A stretch of DNA of 64,000 nucleotides, taken from contig CBFIJH010000003.1 of the NCBI GenBank assembly GCA_965662895.1, forward strand, positions 66,318 to 130,317. Reading direction: 5' to 3'. A program made the position numbers and the translations under genes. Each line of letters begins with the position of its first letter. Position 1 is the first letter of the stretch. Below the pieces are notes generated by a model, which was not told the DNA's origin, did not search any database, and worked only from the letters and a program-made list of their open reading frames with translations. Positions 9,297 to 18,535 of the stretch are shown here, piece by piece. This DNA comes from Candidatus Poseidoniaceae archaeon (GTDB taxonomy: Archaea > Thermoplasmatota > Poseidoniia > Poseidoniales > Poseidoniaceae).

Positions 9297-9539
9297 TCAC
9301 CAACGTCGCTGTTGACCGAATTGTTGGTTGTTGAATTGTTGTTGCTGTTGCATCTGAGCGGCGTACTGAGCCTGTTGCATGGCTTGTTGATTGCTCATCA
9401 TCAAAGCGATTTGACGAATCTGCTCTGCTTCCATTCGAAGACGTTGGATGAGTTGCTCACCAGGTTGTTGGTTGCCACAGAACCTACAAAATCGCATTCC
9501 ATCGTGCAGGGATTGTCCACAAGCCACACAGAACGCCAT
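9297..9539 (-). CDS. Small zinc-ribbon protein with Gln-rich C-terminal tail
   Basis: FCVACG..L..GMRFCRFCG double CxxC, then QQAMQQAQYAAQMQQQQQFNNQQFGQQRRW; 4 nt from the next gene. Confidence 0.75.
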   Translation of the reverse strand: MAFCVACGQSLHDGMRFCRFCGNQQPGEQLIQRLRMEAEQIRQIALMMSNQQAMQQAQYAAQMQQQQQFNNQQFGQQRRW

Positions 9540-9582
9540 CGTCTCACCTAATATTTGCTACCCGTCTTCCAATTTGAACCTT

Positions 9583-10638
9583 TCATTGAACTGCTGTTAG
9601 TTCCATGAACACTGGCCATGTTTCAAACCCAACCGCAGCGGCTCGTTCATTGATAGATTCCCAGCGAGGATCATCAACCATATCACTCGGTTCAACACCA
9701 TTTCCAAGCAGTTCAGTGACCAGAGCACGGAATTCAATTTCGATTTCAGTTTGTGGCTGTTCAGCATCGGCTTGAGGAGCAAGTTCAGCTTCTTCCTCTG
9801 CGATTGCTGGAGGCGGTGAAGTCTGCAATTCCTTCAATTCGTCTCCTGCTGCTTGCATTTCTTCAAATCCATCGGTCGTCGCTTTGGTAATAGCCTCGCT
9901 CACAGACTGTGGTCCCTCATCTCCATCCGATTCGATTGTTGGGAGCGGTACTGATGTCTGTGCAGGTATTGTTACCTCGCTGGCTTCGACGTGTGAAGGT
10001 GCAGGCGCAACTTCGACCTCTTCTGGAATTTGTTCCTCGACAACAACGGGCTCGGGCGTCGCAGGTTCGCTTGCTCTCCCCACGCCGAGGACTTCGGCTT
10101 GTTGTCGAGCCAACTCAGCAGCCTGTCGACGAGGAAGACTAACGAAGCACTTGTTGGGAATGGATGAAGGTGGAAATGGAAGGTAGTACCGTTCGATTGC
10201 TGGGAGACTTGGGTGTCTGAAACAAATCATCGTGATGTTCTCAAATGCTCGTTGTGCAGGGACATCAACCGAAAACGGGACGGGATGGACCGATATCGAA
10301 CCGCGAACCCACTTTTCGCTCGTGACCATGTGCTGCATCCATGGGCCCAAATCGGATGTTGCAAGATCGAGGAACTGGAAAGAAGCATCTCTTGGATTCA
10401 ATCCTTGCTCTTCCAACAAGCGGGCTTCTGCTCGTGGTCGATGAAAAACCCCAATGACGGGTTGTCCATGCTCGACCATATCGCCATGCATTTCGATAAT
10501 TTTTCGCTCTTTTCGTGGACAGATGATCATCACTTGCATTCGCAATGCATCAGAGTCGAAGATGTCGCCCCAGCGATCCTCTGCTTCGGAGAGAAGGCCA
10601 CCGATGGTTGTGCCCGGAATCATTGCTGTTATTCCCAT
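9583..10638 (-). CDS. Hypothetical protein (globular N-domain, Pro/Glu-rich linker, small helical C-domain)
   Basis: 351-aa ORF filling the gap between co-directional genes, 4 nt after the asd stop; no family motif recognised. Confidence 0.75.
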   Translation of the reverse strand: MGITAMIPGTTIGGLLSEAEDRWGDIFDSDALRMQVMIICPRKERKIIEMHGDMVEHGQPVIGVFHRPRAEARLLEEQGLNPRDASFQFLDLATSDLGPWMQHMVTSEKWVRGSISVHPVPFSVDVPAQRAFENITMICFRHPSLPAIERYYLPFPPSSIPNKCFVSLPRRQAAELARQQAEVLGVGRASEPATPEPVVVEEQIPEEVEVAPAPSHVEASEVTIPAQTSVPLPTIESDGDEGPQSVSEAITKATTDGFEEMQAAGDELKELQTSPPPAIAEEEAELAPQADAEQPQTEIEIEFRALVTELLGNGVEPSDMVDDPRWESINERAAAVGFETWPVFMELTAVQ

Positions 10639-10642
10639 GTGC

Positions 10643-11740
10643 TCACGATTCCGATGAAGAAGAGGAGGGATTTAGGTCTACTGATGGAATCAGATTGTTG
10701 AAGTGTGCCAACTCTGCAAGAAGGAGTACGCCTCCTGCGGCGCCGCGAATCGTATTGTGGGAGAGTGCTTGGAAAGAAACAATACCTTGTTCCACCGAAA
10801 CAAGATGAACAGTCGTTGTCATGCCTGCTTTGAGGTCAATCGATGGACGAATACCATCAAGCGTTTTTCCGTTCCACAGATCACGGTCTCGTCGTGGCTT
10901 TGTGTCAATTATGACCATCGGAGCCTTGGGCTGACTTGGAAGAGGAACGATGCGATCTTGAAGGGTCGAATTGAGTTGCGTTTGTACGGAGTTAAATGAT
11001 GGGCTATTGGCGACATGGACTTGGACGTTGACGATGTGGCCATCCACTTCATCCACCCGCTTGCATTGAACATCCCATTCGATGCCCTTCAAGTCGAGAA
11101 TCCGCTCTGCCTCTTCCACGATTTTTTCGGCTTCGCCTGGAATTTCTTTCCCGACAGCATTCCTTCGTTGTTCATCGTCAATGAGGAGTTTCCACCCTGC
11201 TCCAGAAAGCGCCTGCTTACTCCGAACTACAACCTTGGTAATGGTGTGGTGTTCCGAAAGAATCGAGAGTGGGTGGAGGAGCGGAATAAGCGTGCAGTTT
11301 GTCGCACATGCATGCAGGGCTCGATGTGCAGAAGAGCGAACCAGTGCCTCTGGATTGACATCAGCTACGACGAGTGGTACATCTTGATGCATGCGATAAG
11401 CACTTGCATTGGAAAAGACGTCGATGCCGGCGTCAACAAGTCTCTTTTCAATTTGCAGAGCAGGCGCACTTGGCAAAGCACTGAAGGCGATCTGGACTTC
11501 TGCATCCAACAATTTTTCCTCGAGTTGGGGATGATGAATATCGAGAATTTTGATGCTACTCTCAGCAAGAAATGCGGTTTGATCCTGCTCAAGATGCCAG
11601 TCAATTTTTGAGAGTTTCATGCCACTCTTTCGGCCTGCTACTGCGACAAGTTCAAACCACGGGTGGTTTGAGAGCCGCTGTTGCATACGTTGTGAAACGA
11701 GGCCTGAAGCACCGAGTATCGCAACTCGAAGCCTTCGCAT
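10643..11740 (-). CDS. asd: Aspartate-semialdehyde dehydrogenase (archaeal type)
   Basis: VAILGASGLVSQR, FSALPS, SNASAYRM..DVPLVVADVNP, ATNCT (catalytic Cys), QALSGAG, HNTIRGAAGG. Start set at ATG 11740 (track TTG 11749). Confidence 0.85.
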   Translation of the reverse strand: MRRLRVAILGASGLVSQRMQQRLSNHPWFELVAVAGRKSGMKLSKIDWHLEQDQTAFLAESSIKILDIHHPQLEEKLLDAEVQIAFSALPSAPALQIEKRLVDAGIDVFSNASAYRMHQDVPLVVADVNPEALVRSSAHRALHACATNCTLIPLLHPLSILSEHHTITKVVVRSKQALSGAGWKLLIDDEQRRNAVGKEIPGEAEKIVEEAERILDLKGIEWDVQCKRVDEVDGHIVNVQVHVANSPSFNSVQTQLNSTLQDRIVPLPSQPKAPMVIIDTKPRRDRDLWNGKTLDGIRPSIDLKAGMTTTVHLVSVEQGIVSFQALSHNTIRGAAGGVLLLAELAHFNNLIPSVDLNPSSSSSES

Positions 11741-11802
11741 GACAAACAACTAGGCTCCGTTGATTTAGTCCCTTGCTTTCGGAATTTGCCTCAAAGCATA
11801 TG

Positions 11803-11808
11803 TTCAAG
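11803..11808 (+). promoter_or_regulatory. Putative degenerate TATA element (TTCAAG) of sodN
   Basis: Lies at -29..-24 from the sodN ATG; the same or similar hexamers sit at the same offset before several other genes here. Confidence 0.35.
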
Positions 11809-11831
11809 TGCTAAACGGCTAAGGCGTAGTC

Positions 11832-12272
11832 ATGGAGAGCACATCTACCATCGAAGCCTTTGCCCATTGTGACGGCCCATGTGGCGTCTACGACCCTGCT
11901 AGCGCACGTGTTGCTGCTGAAGCAGTTCAATCCATGACCAAGAAAATGGTTGCCTTGAGCAGCAGTGATGCAGACAAGTCATCTGCATCCTACATCAACA
12001 CCATGAGCCGCTATGCCGCAATCAAGGAAGAGGAAGCACAAACATGCAAGGATGAACTTCTCGTCCTCTGGACAGATTTTTTCAAACCTCAACACCTTGA
12101 ATCCAACCCTGATCTTCACACAACATTCTGGATGGCCGCAAAACTTTGCTCAGCGTGCAAGGTCGAAGTCTCCGAACAACACGCCCAAGAATTGATGGAC
12201 GCCGTTGAAGCAATTCACACGATGTTTTGGGCGACCAAGGGACGTGAAGTTTCTTGGGTTCGTGCAAGTTGA
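11832..12272 (+). CDS. sodN: Nickel superoxide dismutase precursor
   Basis: Ni-hook HCDGPCGVYDP after an 11-aa leader; KEEEAQ.CK.ELLVLWTDFFK and TMFWATK motifs. Confidence 0.97.
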   Translation: MESTSTIEAFAHCDGPCGVYDPASARVAAEAVQSMTKKMVALSSSDADKSSASYINTMSRYAAIKEEEAQTCKDELLVLWTDFFKPQHLESNPDLHTTFWMAAKLCSACKVEVSEQHAQELMDAVEAIHTMFWATKGREVSWVRAS

Positions 12273-12281
12273 GGCGATTCC

Positions 12282-12566
12282 TTGGAATCAATTGCTGTAG
12301 TCATAAACGGCGACAGCATGTGGCCTTCTCTGAAAGACGGAGATGCAATTGAAGTCACACCTTATCGAGGACAGGGGCTTTATGTGAACGACATTGTTGT
12401 TTTCAAAGACCCTCGAGTTGAATCCCGAATCTGCGTGAAACGCGTCAAACGAATTGAATCGGATGGATTGTTCGTGGAAGGTGATAACCCTGACCCTACG
12501 GCTTCCACAGATTCCCATAACTACGGGTTGATACGACTGCAATTACTCATTGGTTTCAAACGATAA
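12282..12566 (+). CDS. sodX: Ni-SOD maturation protease (S26/S24 family)
   Basis: GDSMWPSLKDGD (Ser), VKRV (Lys), VEGDNP....STDSHNYG; 9 nt downstream of sodN. Confidence 0.92.
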   Translation: MESIAVVINGDSMWPSLKDGDAIEVTPYRGQGLYVNDIVVFKDPRVESRICVKRVKRIESDGLFVEGDNPDPTASTDSHNYGLIRLQLLIGFKR

Positions 12567-13334
12567 TTTTCCTTTCCCAAGTTCTTCCTCGACCGGAGTT
12601 GGAAACAACTTTCGAACCAAAAGTTTCCTTAAAATGGATGAACCATCGCGTAGGGAACCCAACTTCGCTTCACCCACTCGTGCACTGTATGAGACTGGAA
12701 TATTGGTCAATGGTATCTTCGATATTGCACATTGAGCATACATCTCGGCTTCAATTTCAAAATCCATGCTGTTCAAATTCATCTGCAACAACGCATCACG
12801 ATCGAACAGCCAGTAACCACTACAGACATCATGAATCTCTGTGCTGTGAAGAACGACTGCCGACCAAGTAAGAAGATGATTTCCAATCCAATTAACAGGC
12901 GACATTGCATCAACATTCAGAGAATGACTCAATCGATTTCCAACGATGACACATCCTGCTTTCAGTTGCTTAAGCATCGGAAGCATATCCATTGGGTCAT
13001 AAGTAAGGTCAGCATCAAACATGACCAAGGCATCAAATCCATTCTTGATGGCGAAATCAAATCCAACTCGAACGGCTTCCCCTTTTCCTTCGCTTGGCTG
13101 AACAAGGACTGTACAACCTGCATCGATTCCAATCCTTTGCGATTCATCAATGCTGTTTCCATCAACGATGACGACGTCTGCATGCCAGCCTTGTTCGAGA
13201 AGAGGTTCGTATGGAATCGTCCTCAGAACAACATCCAGTCCCTCTGCTTCATTGAGCACGGGAAGGAGAATCATCAGTCGTTTCACGAATGTCGCTTGAA
13301 CTGGTCGTTTTTCATGGCTTCGCACCAATTGCAC
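12543..13334 (-). CDS. GT2 glycosyltransferase, dolichol-phosphate mannosyltransferase-like
   Basis: LLPVLNEAE, IVDGNSID, GKGEAVRVG, FDADLTY (DxD), DVCSGY, DFEIEAEM. True start probably GTG 13286. Confidence 0.9.
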   Translation of the reverse strand: MQLVRSHEKRPVQATFVKRLMILLPVLNEAEGLDVVLRTIPYEPLLEQGWHADVVIVDGNSIDESQRIGIDAGCTVLVQPSEGKGEAVRVGFDFAIKNGFDALVMFDADLTYDPMDMLPMLKQLKAGCVIVGNRLSHSLNVDAMSPVNWIGNHLLTWSAVVLHSTEIHDVCSGYWLFDRDALLQMNLNSMDFEIEAEMYAQCAISKIPLTNIPVSYSARVGEAKLGSLRDGSSILRKLLVRKLFPTPVEEELGKGKLSFETNE

Positions 13335-15648
13335 TTTTCAATTCGATATGATGGATTCTGAGACCCGTCGAATCTAGAATCTGTGCATTTCTTCCTGAGA
13401 ATCCCAATGGATTGATCCATGTGGTTCCACTTTCAATCAATTCGACACCAATGTCCATGGTGGAATTGAGTTCGACGTTCATGCAATCATGATGCCATCC
13501 CGGGTATTCTTCCACGTTCATCGATTGTCCATTGATGTTGAATTCGTACGAATTAAAATCACCAATTTGTTCGTAAAGAATGCACACGTTTTGCATACCT
13601 TGTACAGACGTCTGATTCACAACATTCTCCCAAAAATAGGTGCCTTTTTGATCAAGAACAATTCGTTCGTCTCCACGGTTGAGAGGGTCATGAAACCGAT
13701 GGTTACGCCACGGGTCTTGTTCCAGTGCGCATCCTTTCAACTGTTCACAAATCGAAGTATTGAGCACTGTCGTGATGATGACACGGGAAGGCGATGGTTC
13801 ATCCCACAACTTCCAGAACCTTGCCCCATGAAACGATTGTTCAACGCTCCAGTACGGTGAAGGTCCGAGTGTGAGCGCAAGGGTCCCTATTGGGCTGGAA
13901 ACTGCGTGGCCTATCTTCAGTGAACGTAATGTTTGGACGTCATCCACTCGGATGGCAGTGGTTGCTGCTGATTGTACAGTTTCATCAAGTGTAAGTAAGC
14001 CCAACGATGGAACGCTTGTGGTCTTCAATGATGGGTCAAATCCGTAACTGTGTCCCCAATGGACGTTTTCTGAGTACACAAATCCATCCGGAGGATAAGC
14101 TGAGAGATACTCCCTAAGTTCGGCATCACCATAAGCGGTTGCATGGAGTTCATCATGTGTCGATAGGTTCACGAGCAAACCAACGCTCAAAACAGATCCG
14201 AGCATGAGACCTACGAGAACGATCGAACTGAACAACGGTCGAATGTATGGGTCCATCTCCAAGCCAAACCATGAGCTCGTGTCACCAATGGTCGTAAGGG
14301 ACGTCGATCGGCTTGCCATAAGCCCGACAACCACTGCGAGAGGTATGTGATAAGCATGCAATGCCATGGAATAAAGGGTGTACGATAAGAGGCTGAGAAC
14401 CTGAATGTTTGCTAACCCTTCAATGAGGTGGACGAATGAGAGCATCCAAATTGCAAGAAACCAGATTGAAAGCAAGCGAATCTCGAAACTTTTTCGACCA
14501 AGGAATACCGAAACGCCGGCGAAGAGCATCAGTGGACCGTTGAACATCAGCATAGGTTTTCCACCTTGCCAACCATATTCTGCGAAAACGGGTTCATTCA
14601 GCATCCGTGGTGCAAAGAAAATGAGTGCAATGACGAACATCGAAGTCACAATGATGATCGATGTCAGGAAAATTGGTTTTCGTTGAACCTTTTCATCTTC
14701 CGACAGACGGTTTTGAACGACCAAACTTGCAAACAGCAAGGCTGCAAGATAGATAGCTCCCGTTGGATGGATAAGCACAGTACAAAACGCAAGGAAGATG
14801 AACACGAGAATGTGATACTGCATTGATTGTTGAAGAGGTCGAAGCACGATAAGCAAACCAACAATCAAGCCCAATTGGCTCGTTACAGTTGGGTATCCTG
14901 AATCAAACACTTTTGCAAACAAAGCAAACGAAGCACCCATGGCAAGAACACTTGATGCTCCTGCTCCTAGACGATCCATACTTCCCCAAATTCCGAGCAA
15001 CAATGCGAACAGAGAAAGATGACCAAGAAGAAGAATTGCTTGTTCAATTTCGGCGGAAGTAATGTGCTCCACCCATGCTAAAACTGTCGGAAATGCGGGT
15101 GGATAGGTCCAAAGGCCAGAATTCGGTGGTTGAACTTCAAATGTTCCAGTGTGCCCAACATTGGTTGCAAGGGTGCTGAACCCAATCCAATCAACACCAA
15201 AGGGTCGCTCAAAGATAAAAATCGGGACAAGTGTTAGCAAACAAAAACAACCAGCAAGAATTTGTAAGACTGGATTGCGATTGTTTTGAAACCATTGTTG
15301 TGCAGCAACTTCTTGCTCAATTTCAGGCTCAGTTTCGCTCAAGACAACGCCATGAATCGCAGCCTCCATTTTCTGCCATTGGGTGTACGTTGTCCGTTCT
15401 GAATGGACCTTGCGGGACAAAAATCCTATGGAGGCGAGATTCAGTAGAAGGATGGTTATGGTAAGATTTGAAGGACTCCATAACTGTACAACGTAGAGGA
15501 ATCCCGAGGTGCCGAACAGTGCAAGTAAACCAAGCGGGAAGCATAACAATGCTCTACGGAAGAGATCTGCAGAAGCATCGAGAATTCGCGTCAATGCTAG
15601 ACCTGGTGCGAGTGTGGGGAGAAGAATTACCAACGCCACGTCCCACAT
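13312..15648 (-). CDS. Polytopic membrane protein, probable GT-C-fold glycosyltransferase
   Basis: Many TM helices, loop PFGVDW followed by YPPAFP, C-terminal soluble domain; co-directional and adjacent to a Dol-P-sugar synthase. The GT-C call is inference. Confidence 0.55.
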   Translation of the reverse strand: MWDVALVILLPTLAPGLALTRILDASADLFRRALLCFPLGLLALFGTSGFLYVVQLWSPSNLTITILLLNLASIGFLSRKVHSERTTYTQWQKMEAAIHGVVLSETEPEIEQEVAAQQWFQNNRNPVLQILAGCFCLLTLVPIFIFERPFGVDWIGFSTLATNVGHTGTFEVQPPNSGLWTYPPAFPTVLAWVEHITSAEIEQAILLLGHLSLFALLLGIWGSMDRLGAGASSVLAMGASFALFAKVFDSGYPTVTSQLGLIVGLLIVLRPLQQSMQYHILVFIFLAFCTVLIHPTGAIYLAALLFASLVVQNRLSEDEKVQRKPIFLTSIIIVTSMFVIALIFFAPRMLNEPVFAEYGWQGGKPMLMFNGPLMLFAGVSVFLGRKSFEIRLLSIWFLAIWMLSFVHLIEGLANIQVLSLLSYTLYSMALHAYHIPLAVVVGLMASRSTSLTTIGDTSSWFGLEMDPYIRPLFSSIVLVGLMLGSVLSVGLLVNLSTHDELHATAYGDAELREYLSAYPPDGFVYSENVHWGHSYGFDPSLKTTSVPSLGLLTLDETVQSAATTAIRVDDVQTLRSLKIGHAVSSPIGTLALTLGPSPYWSVEQSFHGARFWKLWDEPSPSRVIITTVLNTSICEQLKGCALEQDPWRNHRFHDPLNRGDERIVLDQKGTYFWENVVNQTSVQGMQNVCILYEQIGDFNSYEFNINGQSMNVEEYPGWHHDCMNVELNSTMDIGVELIESGTTWINPLGFSGRNAQILDSTGLRIHHIELKSAIGAKP

Positions 15649-15720
15649 GATTCGATGCTTGATGATGCATCACATCAAGTTCATGCATGAACTCATAGGG
15701 GTGAATCCCTTCTTAGGGCT

Positions 15721-16335
15721 ATGTGGGGTTCACCAGATTTGGCAGGAACCGGCGAAAATCAATTTCATCCGATTGTTCAACTTCCTGATGAGTACTGGGT
15801 GCTCAACCTCCAAAGGCCACAAGGCGATTGGGACCAACAGTTTGAGGTGACGATTGGACGTTACGATGAGGACAGAAAAGGCATGTACACACAAGCATTG
15901 TTTGGAGGCGAACGCACGCTTCATGTTGGTCTTGATATCGGCGCTCCCGCATCGACTCCGGTTTTTGCTTTCGAGGATGGAACAATTCACAGTTTTGCCG
16001 ACAACGATGCGGATGGTTCCTATGGTCCATCGATAATTACAGAACACCGTATTTCAATCGATGGGGTTGAACAACAGTTGTGGGTTCTGCTGGGTCATCT
16101 ATCGCGTTCTTCGTTGCACGACCTTGAAATCGGAACAGCATTTCGAAAAGGTGACCAACTCGCAATCATGGGTCATGAGCATGAGAATGGTGGTTGGCCT
16201 CCACACGTCCATATCCAACTCTCATTGTTTGAACCAACCAAACCTGATCTTGAAGGGGTCGTTCGTCCAGAAGATCGAGAACAAGCTTTGCTTCGATATC
16301 CTGATCCAAGAAACATCCTAGGTCGACTGTATTGA
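15721..16335 (+). CDS. M23-family metallopeptidase, no signal peptide
   Basis: HVGLD (HxxxD), YGPSIITEH, LGHLS, GWPPHVHIQ (HxH). Confidence 0.85.
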   Translation: MWGSPDLAGTGENQFHPIVQLPDEYWVLNLQRPQGDWDQQFEVTIGRYDEDRKGMYTQALFGGERTLHVGLDIGAPASTPVFAFEDGTIHSFADNDADGSYGPSIITEHRISIDGVEQQLWVLLGHLSRSSLHDLEIGTAFRKGDQLAIMGHEHENGGWPPHVHIQLSLFEPTKPDLEGVVRPEDREQALLRYPDPRNILGRLY

Positions 16336-17424
16336 AGCCTTATCGTCGAGGAATGCTTTGAGCGATCGAATTGGTCGTATTGCTGCAGGGTCTTTTCCGT
16401 GCAAGAATCCGAGTGCAATGGTTAACCAATCCATGACGATACAATGGTGCAAAAGGGCCTCCAAGAGAGACGACCCTTCCCCATGAATTTTCCAAGCATA
16501 ATCGGTTGGTGTATGCTCAATCATCCAATCGATGCGACTGCGGACGCGTTGATGTAGTCCATCCCATGTTAAGAACAACGTTGCTTGATTGCTTCGAGCG
16601 GGGTCGGCATCTTCGGACACTCCGCCCCATGCGACGAGTTCATTGTGATTCATTTCAGGAATGACGCCGATCCGCGCAAATCTACCAGCATTCTCATTTA
16701 ATTGATTCTTAAACCGAATCAAAACAGGATGCAGTTCTGTCGGTCCGAGCAATGAAATCGGATGCTCTCTCATGGCCATTGCAAGGTCGAGGAGAGGAGC
16801 TCCTGATGGTTTTCGAAAATCGTTGCTCTGACAGGCGTATTCCAGTCGGACAAACATTGCCTCGCGCTCCTCAGGAGATTGTTGGGGAAGGAATCCAAGA
16901 TACTCAATCACTGCGAGTTGACGTGAAAAGAGGTGCCCGAAAGCGGTACGAGGTGGTTGCCCACCAATGGAGGAAATCAGATGGCAATCGTCGTACAATT
17001 CACACAGGCCTGCAAGCATCCCTCCGGTCGTGATAACCACTGCTGTCGCTCCTTGTTTCAATGCAGATTCAGTCGCTGCAAAGGTTTCCTCGGTGTTGCC
17101 ACTGTGTGAGGTTGAGAGAACCAACCACTCTTCAGTCCACCACGACGGCAACCCATATTCTCTGTGAACAACAAACGGTATCGACCCATTTGCATCAGAG
17201 AGTCGGGCGAGAAAATCTCCTCCTGCAGCCGATCCGCCCATTCCTAAGCAGAGAATACCGCTCCATTTTTTCTGTTTCAGGTTCACCAGCCAGGGAAGGT
17301 GTTGTTCGTTCACAACTGTGAATCCTTTTTCGAGATCGCTCACAAAGGATTCTGTGCAACCAATCATATTCTCTGAATCCAATTTCTTGATCAAATCATC
17401 GATACTGGAGGCATCGTCGTCCAT
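16318..17424 (-). CDS. Bifunctional phosphoglucose/phosphomannose isomerase (SIS domains)
   Basis: GMGGSAAGG, STSHSGNTEET, GGQPPRTA, KNQLNENA, IPEMNHNE. Start set at ATG 17424; the track start 17511 overlaps nmd3. Confidence 0.88.
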   Translation of the reverse strand: MDDDASSIDDLIKKLDSENMIGCTESFVSDLEKGFTVVNEQHLPWLVNLKQKKWSGILCLGMGGSAAGGDFLARLSDANGSIPFVVHREYGLPSWWTEEWLVLSTSHSGNTEETFAATESALKQGATAVVITTGGMLAGLCELYDDCHLISSIGGQPPRTAFGHLFSRQLAVIEYLGFLPQQSPEEREAMFVRLEYACQSNDFRKPSGAPLLDLAMAMREHPISLLGPTELHPVLIRFKNQLNENAGRFARIGVIPEMNHNELVAWGGVSEDADPARSNQATLFLTWDGLHQRVRSRIDWMIEHTPTDYAWKIHGEGSSLLEALLHHCIVMDWLTIALGFLHGKDPAAIRPIRSLKAFLDDKASIQST

Positions 17425-17467
17425 GGTTCTGAGAAAGGCCTGACCTTCATATGGGCTCCTATGCGAA

Positions 17468-18535
17468 TCAGTCGTCAAGGCCCATCTCATGCAACGCAAT
17501 GAACTCCCCATCGATTCGAGCTAGTCGAAGTTGGGGGGCACCATCGTAATCCCATGGTAGTCGAACAGAGGTCATGTTCCAGGTGTTTGGGTCGAGAAAT
17601 TCTGCCGCTGAGTCGTCCCGATTTAGGATATCAACAATCAGATGGTCTTTCATTTGTGCGAGAACATTTGCTCCCTCGAGGTCTCTCCATGATGCACCGG
17701 TTCGTTCTTGCCGAGAAATGCGTTCCATGATGGCTCCATCCTTGCTCCAAGAACTAGGTCGCCAAAGATCACCTCTCCATCGAACAACATCGCCAAGATC
17801 GTAGCCTGGTTTTCGATAGAGTAGTGTGAGTCGTGTAACATCAACACCGTCTTTTCGTCCGACCGTTGAATTGGTTTCGGTGACTTGACCGCCCCACGTT
17901 TCCGTCAAGTGTCGCCCCCATGCACGGGCTAAGCCTTTCGAGCCCATGACAACGTCGTAACCTCCTGTTACCGGTCCTTCATTGGTGATGAAGAACATTG
18001 GATCATCACTCAGATTTTCGATAACATCATCAAGGCTCGCTCGTAGATTGTTCAATTCATCATCAGCGAGTTTGCGGCCTGTTGAACGAAGTTGAACGGT
18101 TGCTTCGAAGTAATTCCCAGCTCGTCGTGTGCAGGTGAGACAAACACCATTTGACCGGCGCGCACGCATCGTCTGTTCTTGCGTGTACAGTAAATCGTCA
18201 ATGACCCCTTCAATTTGCATGTGGAGCAACGTGTGTCGGTCAGAAACGACCTGCGGCTCGAAACCGAGGCCGATCTCTTCTGCACGTGCATGAAATTCGA
18301 CGTTGCGTTGAATCAATTCATCCCACAATGTGTCGTCTGGAATGTTGACCCACCGTCCTTGAATATCGATGAGGCCGCAGCGTGCACACTGCGTGAAGTT
18401 GGTGTTTTCAGGTACGATGGCAAGTTTGGTCCGCTTCCGAGTGCACGCTTCGCACATTCGGTCGGTAAAGAGTGGTGGTCCACTTCCGCAAACGAGACAA
18501 AAGTCGCCCCCCAGTCCTTGATTCATTGGACTCAC
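17468..18535 (-). CDS. nmd3: NMD3 family ribosome-maturation protein
   Basis: CLVC/CEAC, CARCG, CLTC zinc knuckles, YFEATVQLR, GGYDVVMGS, RLTLLYR. Start GTG 18535 or ATG 18526. Confidence 0.92.
   Translation of the reverse strand: MSPMNQGLGGDFCLVCGSGPPLFTDRMCEACTRKRTKLAIVPENTNFTQCARCGLIDIQGRWVNIPDDTLWDELIQRNVEFHARAEEIGLGFEPQVVSDRHTLLHMQIEGVIDDLLYTQEQTMRARRSNGVCLTCTRRAGNYFEATVQLRSTGRKLADDELNNLRASLDDVIENLSDDPMFFITNEGPVTGGYDVVMGSKGLARAWGRHLTETWGGQVTETNSTVGRKDGVDVTRLTLLYRKPGYDLGDVVRWRGDLWRPSSWSKDGAIMERISRQERTGASWRDLEGANVLAQMKDHLIVDILNRDDSAAEFLDPNTWNMTSVRLPWDYDGAPQLRLARIDGEFIALHEMGLDD

Noticed and set aside
10643-11740. Malonyl-CoA reductase (Asd paralog) implying carbon fixation
   Set aside because: No 3HP/4HB pathway genes are present and the context is heterotrophic; plain Asd is more parsimonious, though sequence alone cannot fully exclude it.
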